Part shown: piece by piece, positions 28,398 to 39,385 of the stretch
Layout of the letters: each line of letters begins with the position of its first letter
Position numbering within the stretch: the first letter of the stretch is position 1
Assembly (NCBI GenBank): GCA_034722955.1
Contig: JAYEOM010000027.1
Coordinates: 1 to 54,872 of the forward strand
Length of the DNA: 54,872 nucleotides
From: Campylobacterota bacterium
GTDB lineage: Bacteria > Campylobacterota > Campylobacteria > Campylobacterales > Sulfurovaceae
Direction: 5' to 3'
Notes under the pieces: generated by a model
What the model was told of the DNA's origin: nothing
Seen by the model: the letters and a program-made list of their open reading frames with translations, nothing else
Database searches by the model: none
Position numbers and translations under genes: made by a program

Positions 28398-29596
28398 TAT
28401 ATGATCCTCACTTTTGCGAATTTTCTTTTTCCTACTTGCAAGATATACTCTCCTGCACTCAGTTTCATCTTCTCATCACTGATCTTCTCTTGGTCGATAC
28501 GAACGGCTCCCTGCTTGATATCTCTTCTCGCTTGAGAAGTAGAGGGTTCTATACCTACCTCTAGCAGTGCTTTGCATATCCATATATCAGCCTCCAGTTC
28601 ATACTCTTGGATATCACTTGGAGTGAGATTTGCTTTAAAGACATTATCAAACTCCTGCTTAGCTATCTTGGCAGACTCATCATCATAGAATCGCTCAGTG
28701 ATCTCTAGTGCCAAACTCTCTTTGGCTGCTTTGGGATGAAGTTCTCCGCTTGAGACCTCCTTTTTGAGCTGCTCGATCTCCTCTATGGACTTTTCACTAA
28801 GTAGCTCATAGTAACGCCACATCAACTCATCTGAGATGGAGAGTACCTTAGCATATATATCTTTGGCTGGCTCTGTGATGCCGATAAAGTTACCTAGAGA
28901 CTTACTCATCTTCTGTATACCATCAAGCCCTTCAAGTATAGGCATCATCAGTACAGCTTGCTCTTTTCCTACCTCATAAGATCGCTGAAGCTGTCTCCCC
29001 ATCAATAGATTGAACTTTTGATCTGTACCGCCTAACTCTACATCACTCTCTAGTGCTACACTATCATATCCTTGAAGTAGGGGATAGAGAAACTCTGAGA
29101 TAGAGATATTTTGTTCTGCATTGTAGCGTTTTTCAAAATCATCACGCTCAAGCATCCGTGCTACACTAAAGCGTGTTGTCAAGGCGACTAGTCCATCTGC
29201 ACCTAGTCTGTCCAGCCAATCCGAGTTGAATACTACTTCTGTTTTTTCCGGATCAAGGATCTTGAAGACTTGCTCTTGATAACTTTTGGCATTCTCTAGC
29301 ACAGTATCTCTATCAAGCCTCTTTCGTGTCTCACTTTTACCTGTAGGATCCCCGATCATAGCGGTAAAGTCACCGATCAATAGTTGAATTTGTGCACCAT
29401 ATTTTTGGAAGGTTGCCAACTTTTGAAGTAATACTGTATGTCCTAGGTGAAGATCAGCCGCAGTAGGGTCAAACCCTACCTTGACCTTGTAGGTTTTATT
29501 ATCATTGATATACCCTTGAAGCAGTTTTTCAATCCGTTCTCTATCAATAATTTCCACTGCCCCTCTGCTGATCTCATCTATTGCTTGTTGTATCAT
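28397..29596 (-). CDS. tyrS: tyrosine--tRNA ligase
   Basis: HLGH (HIGH motif), KMSKS and a C-terminal S4-like domain. Confidence 0.95.
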   Translation of the reverse strand: MIQQAIDEISRGAVEIIDRERIEKLLQGYINDNKTYKVKVGFDPTAADLHLGHTVLLQKLATFQKYGAQIQLLIGDFTAMIGDPTGKSETRKRLDRDTVLENAKSYQEQVFKILDPEKTEVVFNSDWLDRLGADGLVALTTRFSVARMLERDDFEKRYNAEQNISISEFLYPLLQGYDSVALESDVELGGTDQKFNLLMGRQLQRSYEVGKEQAVLMMPILEGLDGIQKMSKSLGNFIGITEPAKDIYAKVLSISDELMWRYYELLSEKSIEEIEQLKKEVSSGELHPKAAKESLALEITERFYDDESAKIAKQEFDNVFKANLTPSDIQEYELEADIWICKALLEVGIEPSTSQARRDIKQGAVRIDQEKISDEKMKLSAGEYILQVGKRKFAKVRII

Positions 29597-29611
29597 TCTT
29601 TGTTACCTTTT

Positions 29612-31768
29612 TTATTGATTATATGCATCATTTAGACTGATTATGTCTACCAATTTGAAGCGTTGAGAAATTCTCTCCTCCAAAACACTCTTCTTTGTTT
29701 CGGCACTCTCTACTTCTATTTGACAATACTCAGCACTATCACTGCTCTTGATCCCTAGCTCGATACTCGTCAAGTTTAGATCAAGAGCTGATATTTTTCC
29801 TAAGAGATCAGCCAGTGCACCCTTGCGATTGTAGAGGCTGACAATGAGACGATAACGAGATAGTTTTTCACTCTTCCACTCTACAAAGACCATGGACTCT
29901 CTGCCGACTATCTTCTGATAGGCTTTACGGCATAACTTATGGTGTATAATAGCCTTGTTATCCTTATAAAAGGCAACAATCTGATCACCAACTTTAGGAT
30001 GACAGCAGTAATCAAACTCTACACCTTCAAAGTGCTTATTTGTATAAAATAGAAAATGCTCTATCTCTTTGATATATGGTTTCTTATAACCTCTCTTCAT
30101 CAACTCCCAGAATCTAACCTGTTTTTTCCCAATATAGTCAGCGATTTGATGGATTACCTCTTTATAATAATCCAAGTGAGTAGGTAACTTATATAGACTC
30201 TGTGTCAATCCCAAATCATCAATAACCTGTTGAATTTTTTCAACATCATGGGTGAGCAGTGTGGCTAAAATATTATAAGCACTAAACTCGTCACTCTCTT
30301 TGATGCGATGACGACAGCGACTTCGTATACCATCTTTTGCTCGTGATGTTTTAACTGTATCAATCCAAGAACAGTGCATTTTTGGATCATCTTCTGTGAT
30401 GATATTGACGATATCACCATTTTTGAGGATAGTCAAGAGTGAAGATTTGTGTTTATTGATCAATGCAATATTGGCAGTTTTACCTATCTCAGAGTGTATA
30501 GCATAGGCAAAATCCAAAGCAACAGAGTTTTTTGGCAGAGTATAGTAGTCCCCTTTTGGTGAAAAGACAGCTATATCTTCACTGAAAAGGTCACTCTTTG
30601 CCAACTCATAAAACTCTTCAATAGAATCATTTTGATAATTGAGTCCCTCAAGCCACTCAAGATGAACTTGTTGTGAGCCACCCTCTTTATATTTCCAGTG
30701 TGCAGCTATACCGTACTCTGCGAGTTTATGCATCTCTAAAGTTCTTACCTGAGACTCTACAATACCATCATCATCAAATAGTGTAGTATGAATCGTTTGA
30801 TATCCATTCTCTTTGGGGAGTGCTATATAGTCTTTAAATCTTGATATCAGAGGAGTAAACTCCAGATGCAGCAGCCCCAAAATACGATAACACTGTATAG
30901 GCTTATTGACAATGATACGGATCGCCAAGAGATCTAAAACCTCCTCTATGCTGATCCCTTTTCTATGCATCTTTAGGTAGATAGAGTAGTAGTGCTTGAC
31001 ACGACCAAAGATTTCAAAACTATCGACATGGAATCCATCAGTATGCATTACGGCAGTGACTTTTTGGATGAAAGCATTGAGCCTGAATTGCAGGTTTTGT
31101 TTATTTGATTTGATATATTCATCAATCTGAGCATAATCGTTTGGGTAGATATAGTAAAAGCTTAGATCTTCTAGAGAGTTTTTCAATCGTGAAATACCCA
31201 AACGGTGAGCTATAGGTGCATAAACAACCAGAGTCTCCTCTGCAATACGCTTCTGTTTTATATCTGAAAGAGCATCTAGTGTGAGCATATTGTGCAGTCT
31301 GTCACAAAGTTTGATCACCAAGATACGCACATCCTTGATAGATGCGATAAGCATCTTTCGGAAACTCAATGCAGAGTTGATCAGCCGATCTCCAGAGGCA
31401 GATGGAATCAGTTTTTCATCACGAATTTTTACAATCTTAGTCAATCCGCCAACTATATGAGCGACATCACTCCCAAACTCATTTTCAAGATCTTCTAAGC
31501 TGTAGTCAGTATCCTCCACAACATCATGTAGAAGTGCAGAGGCTACCATAGTCTCATCTCCACTGATAGTAGCAGTTATTGCAGCGACAAGGATTGGATG
31601 TATGATATAGGGTTCACCACTCTTGCGTTTTTGCCCTTTGTGAGCCTCTACAGCAAGATCTAGTGATCTATCTATCAGATCAGTTTTTGGAGGGATGATC
31701 TCAAATAGAAATGCTTTTGCATCCTCTTCGGTATGGATATCTTTTATAGAGTCTAAAAAAGTATCCAA
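29612..31768 (-). CDS. spoT: bifunctional (p)ppGpp synthetase/hydrolase, RelA/SpoT family
   Basis: HD domain (HPILVA...LLHDVVEDT), a synthetase region (YQTIHTT), and TGS and ACT-like C-terminal domains. Confidence 0.95.
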   Translation of the reverse strand: MDTFLDSIKDIHTEEDAKAFLFEIIPPKTDLIDRSLDLAVEAHKGQKRKSGEPYIIHPILVAAITATISGDETMVASALLHDVVEDTDYSLEDLENEFGSDVAHIVGGLTKIVKIRDEKLIPSASGDRLINSALSFRKMLIASIKDVRILVIKLCDRLHNMLTLDALSDIKQKRIAEETLVVYAPIAHRLGISRLKNSLEDLSFYYIYPNDYAQIDEYIKSNKQNLQFRLNAFIQKVTAVMHTDGFHVDSFEIFGRVKHYYSIYLKMHRKGISIEEVLDLLAIRIIVNKPIQCYRILGLLHLEFTPLISRFKDYIALPKENGYQTIHTTLFDDDGIVESQVRTLEMHKLAEYGIAAHWKYKEGGSQQVHLEWLEGLNYQNDSIEEFYELAKSDLFSEDIAVFSPKGDYYTLPKNSVALDFAYAIHSEIGKTANIALINKHKSSLLTILKNGDIVNIITEDDPKMHCSWIDTVKTSRAKDGIRSRCRHRIKESDEFSAYNILATLLTHDVEKIQQVIDDLGLTQSLYKLPTHLDYYKEVIHQIADYIGKKQVRFWELMKRGYKKPYIKEIEHFLFYTNKHFEGVEFDYCCHPKVGDQIVAFYKDNKAIIHHKLCRKAYQKIVGRESMVFVEWKSEKLSRYRLIVSLYNRKGALADLLGKISALDLNLTSIELGIKSSDSAEYCQIEVESAETKKSVLEERISQRFKLVDIISLNDAYNQ

Positions 31769-31774
31769 GGAGGA

Positions 31775-31981
31775 TCAACTCTCAAGACTAACTATAATTT
31801 TGCCTTCAGCAATCTCTTGAAGGGCAATATCAGCATACTTTACTCTTCTTGGGTCAAAATCAATCAGAGGTTGAGCACCATTAGCAAGTTCAGCAGCTCT
31901 CTTACCTACTGCACTAGCAAGTAGATATCTATCAAAATTTACATTTTCCAATGCCTTGGCTGTCATCTTTTCTACTCTCAT
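31775..31981 (-). CDS. rpoZ: DNA-directed RNA polymerase subunit omega
   Basis: [18 protein letters not shown] is the omega core. It sits between pyrH and spoT, as in Helicobacter and Campylobacter. Confidence 0.8.
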   Translation of the reverse strand: MRVEKMTAKALENVNFDRYLLASAVGKRAAELANGAQPLIDFDPRRVKYADIALQEIAEGKIIVSLES

Positions 31982-32007
31982 TATTGTTCCTTTTAAAAAT
32001 TTTTATG

Positions 32008-32775
<768 letters not shown>

Positions 32776-34101
32776 CTAAAGTCTTATCATCTTCATAGGA
32801 TTGATATGTTTTGAATTTTTCGTCGCTTCAAAGATCAATTTTCTAGAGACCTTTCCAACAACATATCCCTTTTTGATCTTGCGTCCCTTTTTGATCTCTG
32901 GACTGATCTTGGATAGACCGGCATAAATAGTGTGTATTTTATTCTTATGAGATACTACGACAACTTTCCCTAGCATAGAGCTAGATCCAGCAAAAACAAC
33001 CTTGCCATTGAGAACATTTTTGACTTTTGCATTTCTTGTAGGTGCTTTGAGCGTAATTGACTCATTAAAAATTTTGATTTTATAGATAGGATCGATATAT
33101 GTACCAAATGTCTTAACTACTTTCGCACCTCTTATTGGTGATATAGTCTTTCCTCCGTAATAGGCAGAAACCTTATTTTTTGTATAAGATGATCCTACTT
33201 TTCTGATATTTCTGTTTGTTGTTGCTTTAGTCTCTGTTTTTGCAGTATAGACAACCTTTGTACCCTTTTTTCTAGCCTTTTTTCTAGCCAACTCTCTCTC
33301 TTTACGCTCTTTTCGCTTTCTCTTCTCTTGAGCAATCATAAGAGCTTTTTGTTCAGCAGCTATCCTGCGTTCATTCTCTACCTCTTTTTTCTTTAGGATA
33401 TTTAGATCTGCTAGTGTTGAACGAAGAGCATTTTGTTTGTCCATCGCCTTTTGTAGTTTTTTGCGATACTGATCTTCATCTTTAGAGAGTTTTTTAACCA
33501 GCTTCCGTTTGGTAATCCTCTGTTTTTCATAATCTTTTTTCTGTTTTGCAATCTTGTCTATTCTCTCTTTGGCACTTTTTCGTCTTTTAGTAATCTTCCG
33601 TTTTTGAGCTTTGTTTTGATCAATTTGTCTCTTTAGTTCTGCTAACTCTCTACTATTTTGCTCTTTGAGCAATCCATATGCCTCCTGCATTACGATCGAT
33701 TCTCTGCTTGGGTCGTGCGATTGGTTCATGGCGTAGATAATACTTGATTGATTGGCTAGTATTTTGATAAATTTATCATGTTCATTGATGATTTTTTGAT
33801 TGATTTGAGTCAATACTCTATCATATTGAAATAGTTCATTTTTTGATTTTTTATATACTTTTTCATTTTTACTATACTGACTACTCAAACTCTCTAACTT
33901 TTTATTTAATACACTGTTGGCATTATTTGCTTTTTTGATATCTTTAGCTATCTGCTCTAGCTGATCATTTACCTCTTTTTGATTTTGAGCATTTGTATCG
34001 AGACTCTCTTCAGATTTTTTGATCTTTTTATTGGTTGATGATGTTGCATAGAGTGGCATAGATATCATAAGTATACTTATAAAAAAAATGATTTTTTTCA
34101 T
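32776..34101 (-). CDS. envC: EnvC-like murein hydrolase activator (coiled coil plus degenerate LytM/M23 domain)
   Basis: Signal peptide and a long K/E/Q coiled coil. In the C-terminal M23-like fold, the usual HxH is replaced (VSHKNKIHTIYAGL). It lies immediately downstream of ftsEX. Confidence 0.65.
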   Translation of the reverse strand: MKKIIFFISILMISMPLYATSSTNKKIKKSEESLDTNAQNQKEVNDQLEQIAKDIKKANNANSVLNKKLESLSSQYSKNEKVYKKSKNELFQYDRVLTQINQKIINEHDKFIKILANQSSIIYAMNQSHDPSRESIVMQEAYGLLKEQNSRELAELKRQIDQNKAQKRKITKRRKSAKERIDKIAKQKKDYEKQRITKRKLVKKLSKDEDQYRKKLQKAMDKQNALRSTLADLNILKKKEVENERRIAAEQKALMIAQEKRKRKERKERELARKKARKKGTKVVYTAKTETKATTNRNIRKVGSSYTKNKVSAYYGGKTISPIRGAKVVKTFGTYIDPIYKIKIFNESITLKAPTRNAKVKNVLNGKVVFAGSSSMLGKVVVVSHKNKIHTIYAGLSKISPEIKKGRKIKKGYVVGKVSRKLIFEATKNSKHINPMKMIRL

Positions 34102-34104
34102 TGA

Positions 34105-34929
34105 CTACTCCTTGGCACTAAAGACCACAAAATATACTGAAACTATGACAACTAGCAGAGATATCCCAAGCAATATGAGAAAATCATTGGCTTGAAAGAG
34201 TAAGTTTTGTTTCTTCATCAAAATCTCAATATGACTCTCTTGAGCCCATTTATACTTGAGGGAGAGGAATAATCCACTCGTTAAAAATGTTGAGATGATG
34301 GCATCAATAAGTGCTACTCGAAATAGTACACCACTTCTGAGCATCATCGGTGCACCGAAAATCTCCATAACCTGCATACGCTCCTCGTGAGCATATTTCC
34401 ATATCTCCATCTGCTTGACGATCAGAAGGAGACTGACTAATCCCATAAAACCAATAAAAGCATGGAGTGTAAATTTTATAAAACTAAATAGCTTATAGCT
34501 ATTGGTATAACTATTGCCAAATGTCTCTACACGCTTGATCATTTGATTGTCTTCTAGATCTCTTTTGATATCTTCTAGTGCTGAACTGTGCAGATATGTA
34601 TCAAGCTTGATATTGTAAAAGTAGGGTAGAGCTTTTAGTATCTCCTCTCCGTTAGATTGGCTTAAGCCCTCGGATATCTGTTTTGCCAACTTCTCTTTAT
34701 CTATATCTTCTTTTTCGTTGATATGTTCATTGAGCTTTTTAAAATCATTTAACTCCATAGGCTTGTAGGTTACAACAAACATAGAGTAACCCTCCTTTAG
34801 ACCCTTCTCATAGCTATCTGTTGTACGGTCAAATACCAAGTAAAACTCTATGCCAAGCAGTATGGCCATCATGGGAAAAATAAAAGTAAGATGGTTTCTA
34901 ATGAACTTCATAAACGCCCTTATGTTCAA
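34105..34929 (-). CDS. ftsX: cell-division ABC transporter permease FtsX-like
   Basis: One TM, a periplasmic loop, then three TM helices. It follows ftsE with an overlap. The start is uncertain (34929 or 34911). Confidence 0.75.
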   Translation of the reverse strand: MNIRAFMKFIRNHLTFIFPMMAILLGIEFYLVFDRTTDSYEKGLKEGYSMFVVTYKPMELNDFKKLNEHINEKEDIDKEKLAKQISEGLSQSNGEEILKALPYFYNIKLDTYLHSSALEDIKRDLEDNQMIKRVETFGNSYTNSYKLFSFIKFTLHAFIGFMGLVSLLLIVKQMEIWKYAHEERMQVMEIFGAPMMLRSGVLFRVALIDAIISTFLTSGLFLSLKYKWAQESHIEILMKKQNLLFQANDFLILLGISLLVVIVSVYFVVFSAKE

Positions 34930-35572
34930 TAATAAAATGCCGATAGGGATGACTAAATATAGAAGGAATTCTATGCGTTACAACCAATACTGTAGTATTG
35001 AGTTGCTGGCAAGCATTTTCCATCAAGTCCCAGATCACATTGGATGAGTACTCATCGAGGTTTCCTGTAGGTTCATCTGCTAAGATCAAAAATGGATTCT
35101 TAGCCAAAGCACGAGCTACACCGACACGCTGCTGTTCTCCACCACTCAACTCTAGAGGGTAGCGATCTTTATGCTCAGATAGTTTAACATGCTTAAGTAG
35201 TCGCTCTGCTTGTGTATCTTGCACATCAACAGAGTATCCTGCTATCATAAGCGGCAAGACGGCATTTTTTTTGACACTCCACTCATTGATCAGTTTATAG
35301 TCTTGAAAGATAATTCCCAAATGTGTTCGGAGCTCTTGAAGCTTTCGTTTGTTGACTGTCTCCATATCCAATCCTCCGACAACCAAGCTTCCCTCAGCAG
35401 GTTTGAGTTGACCATAAAATGATTTTAAGAGTGTAGACTTTCCGCTACCACTAGGACCAGTGATAAAAACAAATTCACCTTTTTTAACAGAGAAAGATGT
35501 ATTCTTGATAATCTCTGTTTCGCCATAGGCAAGTGTGAGATTAGTTGTATTGATAACAAAATTGCTAGACAT
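34898..35572 (-). CDS. ftsE: cell-division ATP-binding protein FtsE
   Basis: [27 protein letters not shown] and ILADEPTGNLD. The start is trimmed to the ATG at 35572 (MSSNFVI...). Confidence 0.9.
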   Translation of the reverse strand: MSSNFVINTTNLTLAYGETEIIKNTSFSVKKGEFVFITGPSGSGKSTLLKSFYGQLKPAEGSLVVGGLDMETVNKRKLQELRTHLGIIFQDYKLINEWSVKKNAVLPLMIAGYSVDVQDTQAERLLKHVKLSEHKDRYPLELSGGEQQRVGVARALAKNPFLILADEPTGNLDEYSSNVIWDLMENACQQLNTTVLVVTHRIPSIFSHPYRHFIIEHKGVYEVH

Positions 35573-36737
35573 GCAAGTACTCCATGATTTTTTGATGTGC
35601 CAGATAGTTGACAGCTGTTTTGACTGGTATCGAACTATAATACCTGCATATATTTTTATCCAAAAGTATATATTTATGCTCAGGTCTATCGAAACTGCCA
35701 AAAGCACACTTTATCAGCATTCCACTCTCCCCTATATTATATACTCTCTCAAAGTGAACAAAGTAACCCTTGAGTATCACCGCTTTAAGGGGTATAGTTT
35801 GCTCTAACTCGTCTCTATAGTAACACCCCTCAAAAGAGAAGTCAATATCAATCGACCTGTTGTCTGATATCTCTCTTGAGAGAAGGTGAATCTCATAGAT
35901 ATCCTTCTCTTGTCGTATCCATCTTGCCTCATATTTACTAGTGATGGCTAACTCTTCATTTTTGACTATTTTCACTTCTGCTCTGGGTAGAGCAAAAAAT
36001 GTTTCCATACTATACCAGAAATACTTTTGACTATCGGTACGAAGTTCTAGACGACCACTGGGAGTCAGTACACGAAGTGACTCATCTGTAAAGCTGGGAC
36101 TGATAACTCTGCGGTGTGGTTTTTTGTCCCAAGGCACAGGAAAATGGACAAAGATCTGCTCACAACTGTTGGAGGGCAACATCTCTAAAAATAGTCTTGC
36201 ATCATAGTTTACAACCCAGATATTTTTTAAACCCTGAAGTTCAATCTGCTTGAGTACCTGTTGTGCTGATGGAGTATGAATCTCTATACCGATAAAGAGT
36301 CTATCTGGGTTTTGCTGTGCTTGGTAGAGGAGATGTCTGCCACTTCCAAATCCAACCTCAAGGGCGACACTCTCAAAAGGAAATTTTATCGATTCAAAAT
36401 CTTTAATCTTTTTGAAATACTCTGAAGAGAGAGCCGGCTTATCTCTAGATAGTGCTATATTGGAAGTAAGAATCTCTAAGTTTAACTCTCTGGACAAAGA
36501 GTCTAGAGCCTCTTTGATCAAGTTGACTTTGAGTGGACGGGTCACCTTGTCATACTTGAGCATATCACTCTCCTCTTCTCGTTTGAGCTGCAAGAGAAAC
36601 TCTTCTCCTTGATACTCAATACCAAATAGAAGATCACTGCCACTCAGAGGATCTGCTATAAATTTAACAATACCACTACTTTTGACTATCTTGTGTAGAG
36701 TTTCGTCATTTATCTTTTTGACTTTGATGTGCGGCAT
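35565..36737 (-). CDS. trmB: tRNA (guanine46-N7)-methyltransferase with a long N-terminal extension
   Basis: LEVGFGSGRHLLYQAQQNPDRLFIGIEIH and FPVPWDKKPHRRV are TrmB motifs. Confidence 0.8.
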   Translation of the reverse strand: MPHIKVKKINDETLHKIVKSSGIVKFIADPLSGSDLLFGIEYQGEEFLLQLKREEESDMLKYDKVTRPLKVNLIKEALDSLSRELNLEILTSNIALSRDKPALSSEYFKKIKDFESIKFPFESVALEVGFGSGRHLLYQAQQNPDRLFIGIEIHTPSAQQVLKQIELQGLKNIWVVNYDARLFLEMLPSNSCEQIFVHFPVPWDKKPHRRVISPSFTDESLRVLTPSGRLELRTDSQKYFWYSMETFFALPRAEVKIVKNEELAITSKYEARWIRQEKDIYEIHLLSREISDNRSIDIDFSFEGCYYRDELEQTIPLKAVILKGYFVHFERVYNIGESGMLIKCAFGSFDRPEHKYILLDKNICRYYSSIPVKTAVNYLAHQKIMEYLHV

Positions 36738-36752
36738 TATTTTCTCACTCTT

Positions 36753-37706
36753 CTAATCTATAAAATAGTTACTGATTATTTTCGGATTTATCTTGTTTTT
36801 GATCTCTTCGGACTCAAAATTTTGAGCCAAATATAACTTCATATCATCAAATAATGGTGCTACAAATTCCATTTTTTTACCACTCACTGGGTGTTGTAGA
36901 TAAAGCAAATATGCGTGTAGGCTTACTCGACCTATTATATCTCTTTTGCTCTTAAAGCCATATAAGCTATCATCCAAAATATGCCTTCCTAGCGTATTGA
37001 GATGTACGCGTATCTGGTGAGTTCTTCCTGTAAAGAGTTTGGCAAGTATGAGTTCTTGGTTGCTCTTGCTCTCAGATAGTTTGACAAATGCTGTCTTAGC
37101 CTCTTTGCCATCTGCAACACTATCCATCTTCAATCGATTGTTTGGACTGCGACCTATGGGCTTGTTGACGATACAATCCTCTTTTAGCGGATAGTCGATG
37201 ATAGCTAGATAGTAGCGTCCCATACTCTTCTCTTGCAGCTGTTGGCTGAGATTTTGGTGTGCCTCATTGTTTTTGGCAATGACCAATGCACCGGTAGTCT
37301 CTTTATCGATACGGTGGACTATCCCATGCCTCTCCTCTCCAGAGATCGTCGAGAGAGAGACCCCTTTGTCTATCAGCCAATCCACCAGTGTAGGCTCTTT
37401 GACACTTGGTGCAGGATGGACTACCAATCCACTAGGTTTATTGATTACCAATATATCTTCATCTTCATAGATGATCTCTACATCAAAATCGATCTCGACT
37501 GCTTCTTGTTTTTTGGCCTCTATGAACTGATACTCTATGATATCATCCACGCTAAGTTTGTAGCTTGTTTTTGTGATACATTTTGTATTGACTTTTACAA
37601 GTCCATCGCGTACCAACTTCTCTATTTGATTACGACTGATACCCAATGCTTCAGCCATTATCTTATCTATGCGACCATTTTTTTGGATGAGAATTGTTTG
37701 GCTCAT
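36753..37706 (-). CDS. RluA-family 23S rRNA/tRNA pseudouridine synthase (RluD-like)
   Basis: S4 domain at the N-terminus. Catalytic HRIDKETTGALV. FTGRTHQIRVHL. Confidence 0.9.
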   Translation of the reverse strand: MSQTILIQKNGRIDKIMAEALGISRNQIEKLVRDGLVKVNTKCITKTSYKLSVDDIIEYQFIEAKKQEAVEIDFDVEIIYEDEDILVINKPSGLVVHPAPSVKEPTLVDWLIDKGVSLSTISGEERHGIVHRIDKETTGALVIAKNNEAHQNLSQQLQEKSMGRYYLAIIDYPLKEDCIVNKPIGRSPNNRLKMDSVADGKEAKTAFVKLSESKSNQELILAKLFTGRTHQIRVHLNTLGRHILDDSLYGFKSKRDIIGRVSLHAYLLYLQHPVSGKKMEFVAPLFDDMKLYLAQNFESEEIKNKINPKIISNYFID

Positions 37707-38524
37707 TATGGCTTGCAGCCTAAAGGTTCAAGTTTGATATCATCCCGTCTCCATCGAGCTGGGTCTAGGAAGGTATCATCATGGATATGTTTGAAGGAGG
37801 CGTTGATCATCTTGAAGATATTCTCATTGTCATCCTCCAAGGCTTGGAGCCATAACTTGGTCTTCTCTCTTGCGTGTGGCAGTTTGACATTTTTCATCAT
37901 CGCAGGACAGGATTCATCCCCGATAGGCTGTAGTCTATTCTCATCAGCAAAAGCTCTAAGCTGTCGCTCTCTGACTTGTATCAATGGTCGAATCAGATGA
38001 AATCCCTTGCCTGTCTTGTAGATCGGTGCCATAGAACGCATCGTACCGTTATAGAACATATTCATAAAAAAACTCTCTACAGCATCATCAAAGTGGTGTC
38101 CAAGTGCTACTTTGTTAAATCCGCCATCTTGGGCATAGCTATAGAGTGCTCCTCTCCTCATTCTGGAGAAAAATGAGCAAAATGAACTATTCTCACGGAT
38201 CGCATCTTGGGAAATATCAAAGATTCCAGTCTCATATACAGTATGCCCGATACCCTGCTCCTCACAATGCTGCTTGAGATATCTATAATCCTCACCAGGC
38301 ATACCATAGTGGATAGTGCAAGCTTCAAACTCGAAGTCGAAAGGTGCATGTCGCTGGATATGCTTGAGTGTATGCACTAGTGCTAGAGAATCCTTCCCCC
38401 CGCTCAGTCCGACAAGTACCTTGTCTCCCTCTCCGACAAGACAAAACTGTGCATTGGTTCTTCCTGTGGTTCTAAGAATTTTTTTACTCAGTTTTACCTG
38501 TTTGATCTGGCTACTCAATGGCAT
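37706..38524 (-). CDS. PP-loop ATPase of the TtcA (tRNA 2-thiocytidine) family
   Basis: VGLSGGKDS is the PP-loop, and ALGHHFDD is present. The motif FCSFFSRMRRGALY aligns to TtcA CSLCSRLRRG, but the second Cys is replaced by Phe. Confidence 0.6.
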   Translation of the reverse strand: MPLSSQIKQVKLSKKILRTTGRTNAQFCLVGEGDKVLVGLSGGKDSLALVHTLKHIQRHAPFDFEFEACTIHYGMPGEDYRYLKQHCEEQGIGHTVYETGIFDISQDAIRENSSFCSFFSRMRRGALYSYAQDGGFNKVALGHHFDDAVESFFMNMFYNGTMRSMAPIYKTGKGFHLIRPLIQVRERQLRAFADENRLQPIGDESCPAMMKNVKLPHAREKTKLWLQALEDDNENIFKMINASFKHIHDDTFLDPARWRRDDIKLEPLGCKP

Positions 38525-39209
38525 CTACCATATCTAGTATAAACTCTGCACTCACTTTGGCAGAACTATCCAAAAATGTATCAAAATCAAATCCGGCATC
38601 CATATCTGCACTATCACTGATAGCACGCAAGATAAAGAAAGGGGTATCCAGTGCATTGCAGACGACAGCCACACTAGCCCCCTCCATTTCAAGTGCATGA
38701 GCATCAAATATCTCGGCTATCCAACTCTTTCGTTCATGGTTGGCTACAAACTGGTCACCTGTAGCTATCATACCCTCTTTGAGAGGCAATCCTTTTTTTG
38801 CTGCGATCTCCTTGGCAATACTCCTCAAATAGGGATCTGTGGGGATACATACTTCCCCCTCAGGAACAAAGCCATGAGGATGTCCAAATGCTGTGATATC
38901 CAGATCATGCTGACACAATCCATCTGCGATGACCAAATCACCGATATTTAGATCAGGATCTATCGCCCCAGCTACACCGGAAAATAGCAGCATATTGCAA
39001 CCAAATTTTTCGAGCAGTGTAGATGCCGTCAATGCCGCAAAAACTTTACCTATCTTGGAGTAGGCGATCACTATATCTTTGCCTCTATACTCTGCTTCAT
39101 AAAAAGTATTTGCAGCATACTCTATCTTTTTGATATTGGTTACCTGTGCCAAAAGTGGTGCTATCTCTTCAGGCATTGCACCCATGATTGCTATTTTACG
39201 ACTCTGCAT
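38511..39209 (-). CDS. mtnN: 5'-methylthioadenosine/S-adenosylhomocysteine nucleosidase (the MTAN used for futalosine-pathway steps in this phylum)
   Basis: KIAIMGAMPEE, GVAGA, EMEGASVA and RAISDSAD are MTAN motifs. Confidence 0.85.
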   Translation of the reverse strand: MQSRKIAIMGAMPEEIAPLLAQVTNIKKIEYAANTFYEAEYRGKDIVIAYSKIGKVFAALTASTLLEKFGCNMLLFSGVAGAIDPDLNIGDLVIADGLCQHDLDITAFGHPHGFVPEGEVCIPTDPYLRSIAKEIAAKKGLPLKEGMIATGDQFVANHERKSWIAEIFDAHALEMEGASVAVVCNALDTPFFILRAISDSADMDAGFDFDTFLDSSAKVSAEFILDMVDAIE

Positions 39210-39385
39210 TGATACCTCACTTGCATTGAATTTTACGCTTCTGCTCTATCTCTTTAGAGGGAATTAAAAACAGAGAGAGATTATAACATAATCTAAATGA
39301 AGTGAGTTGAGATAGCCTTATTTCAGAAAGTTAAAGTATTTGCTTATCTTGTTAGAGTATAATTTTTAAAATAAAAGGAGATAAA

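Noticed and set aside
37233-38000. 255-aa plus-strand ORF antisense to the rluD-like and ttcA-like genes
   Set aside because: It spans two well-supported minus-strand genes. Its translation is low-complexity and Cys/Phe/Leu-rich with no motifs. It is a typical shadow ORF.
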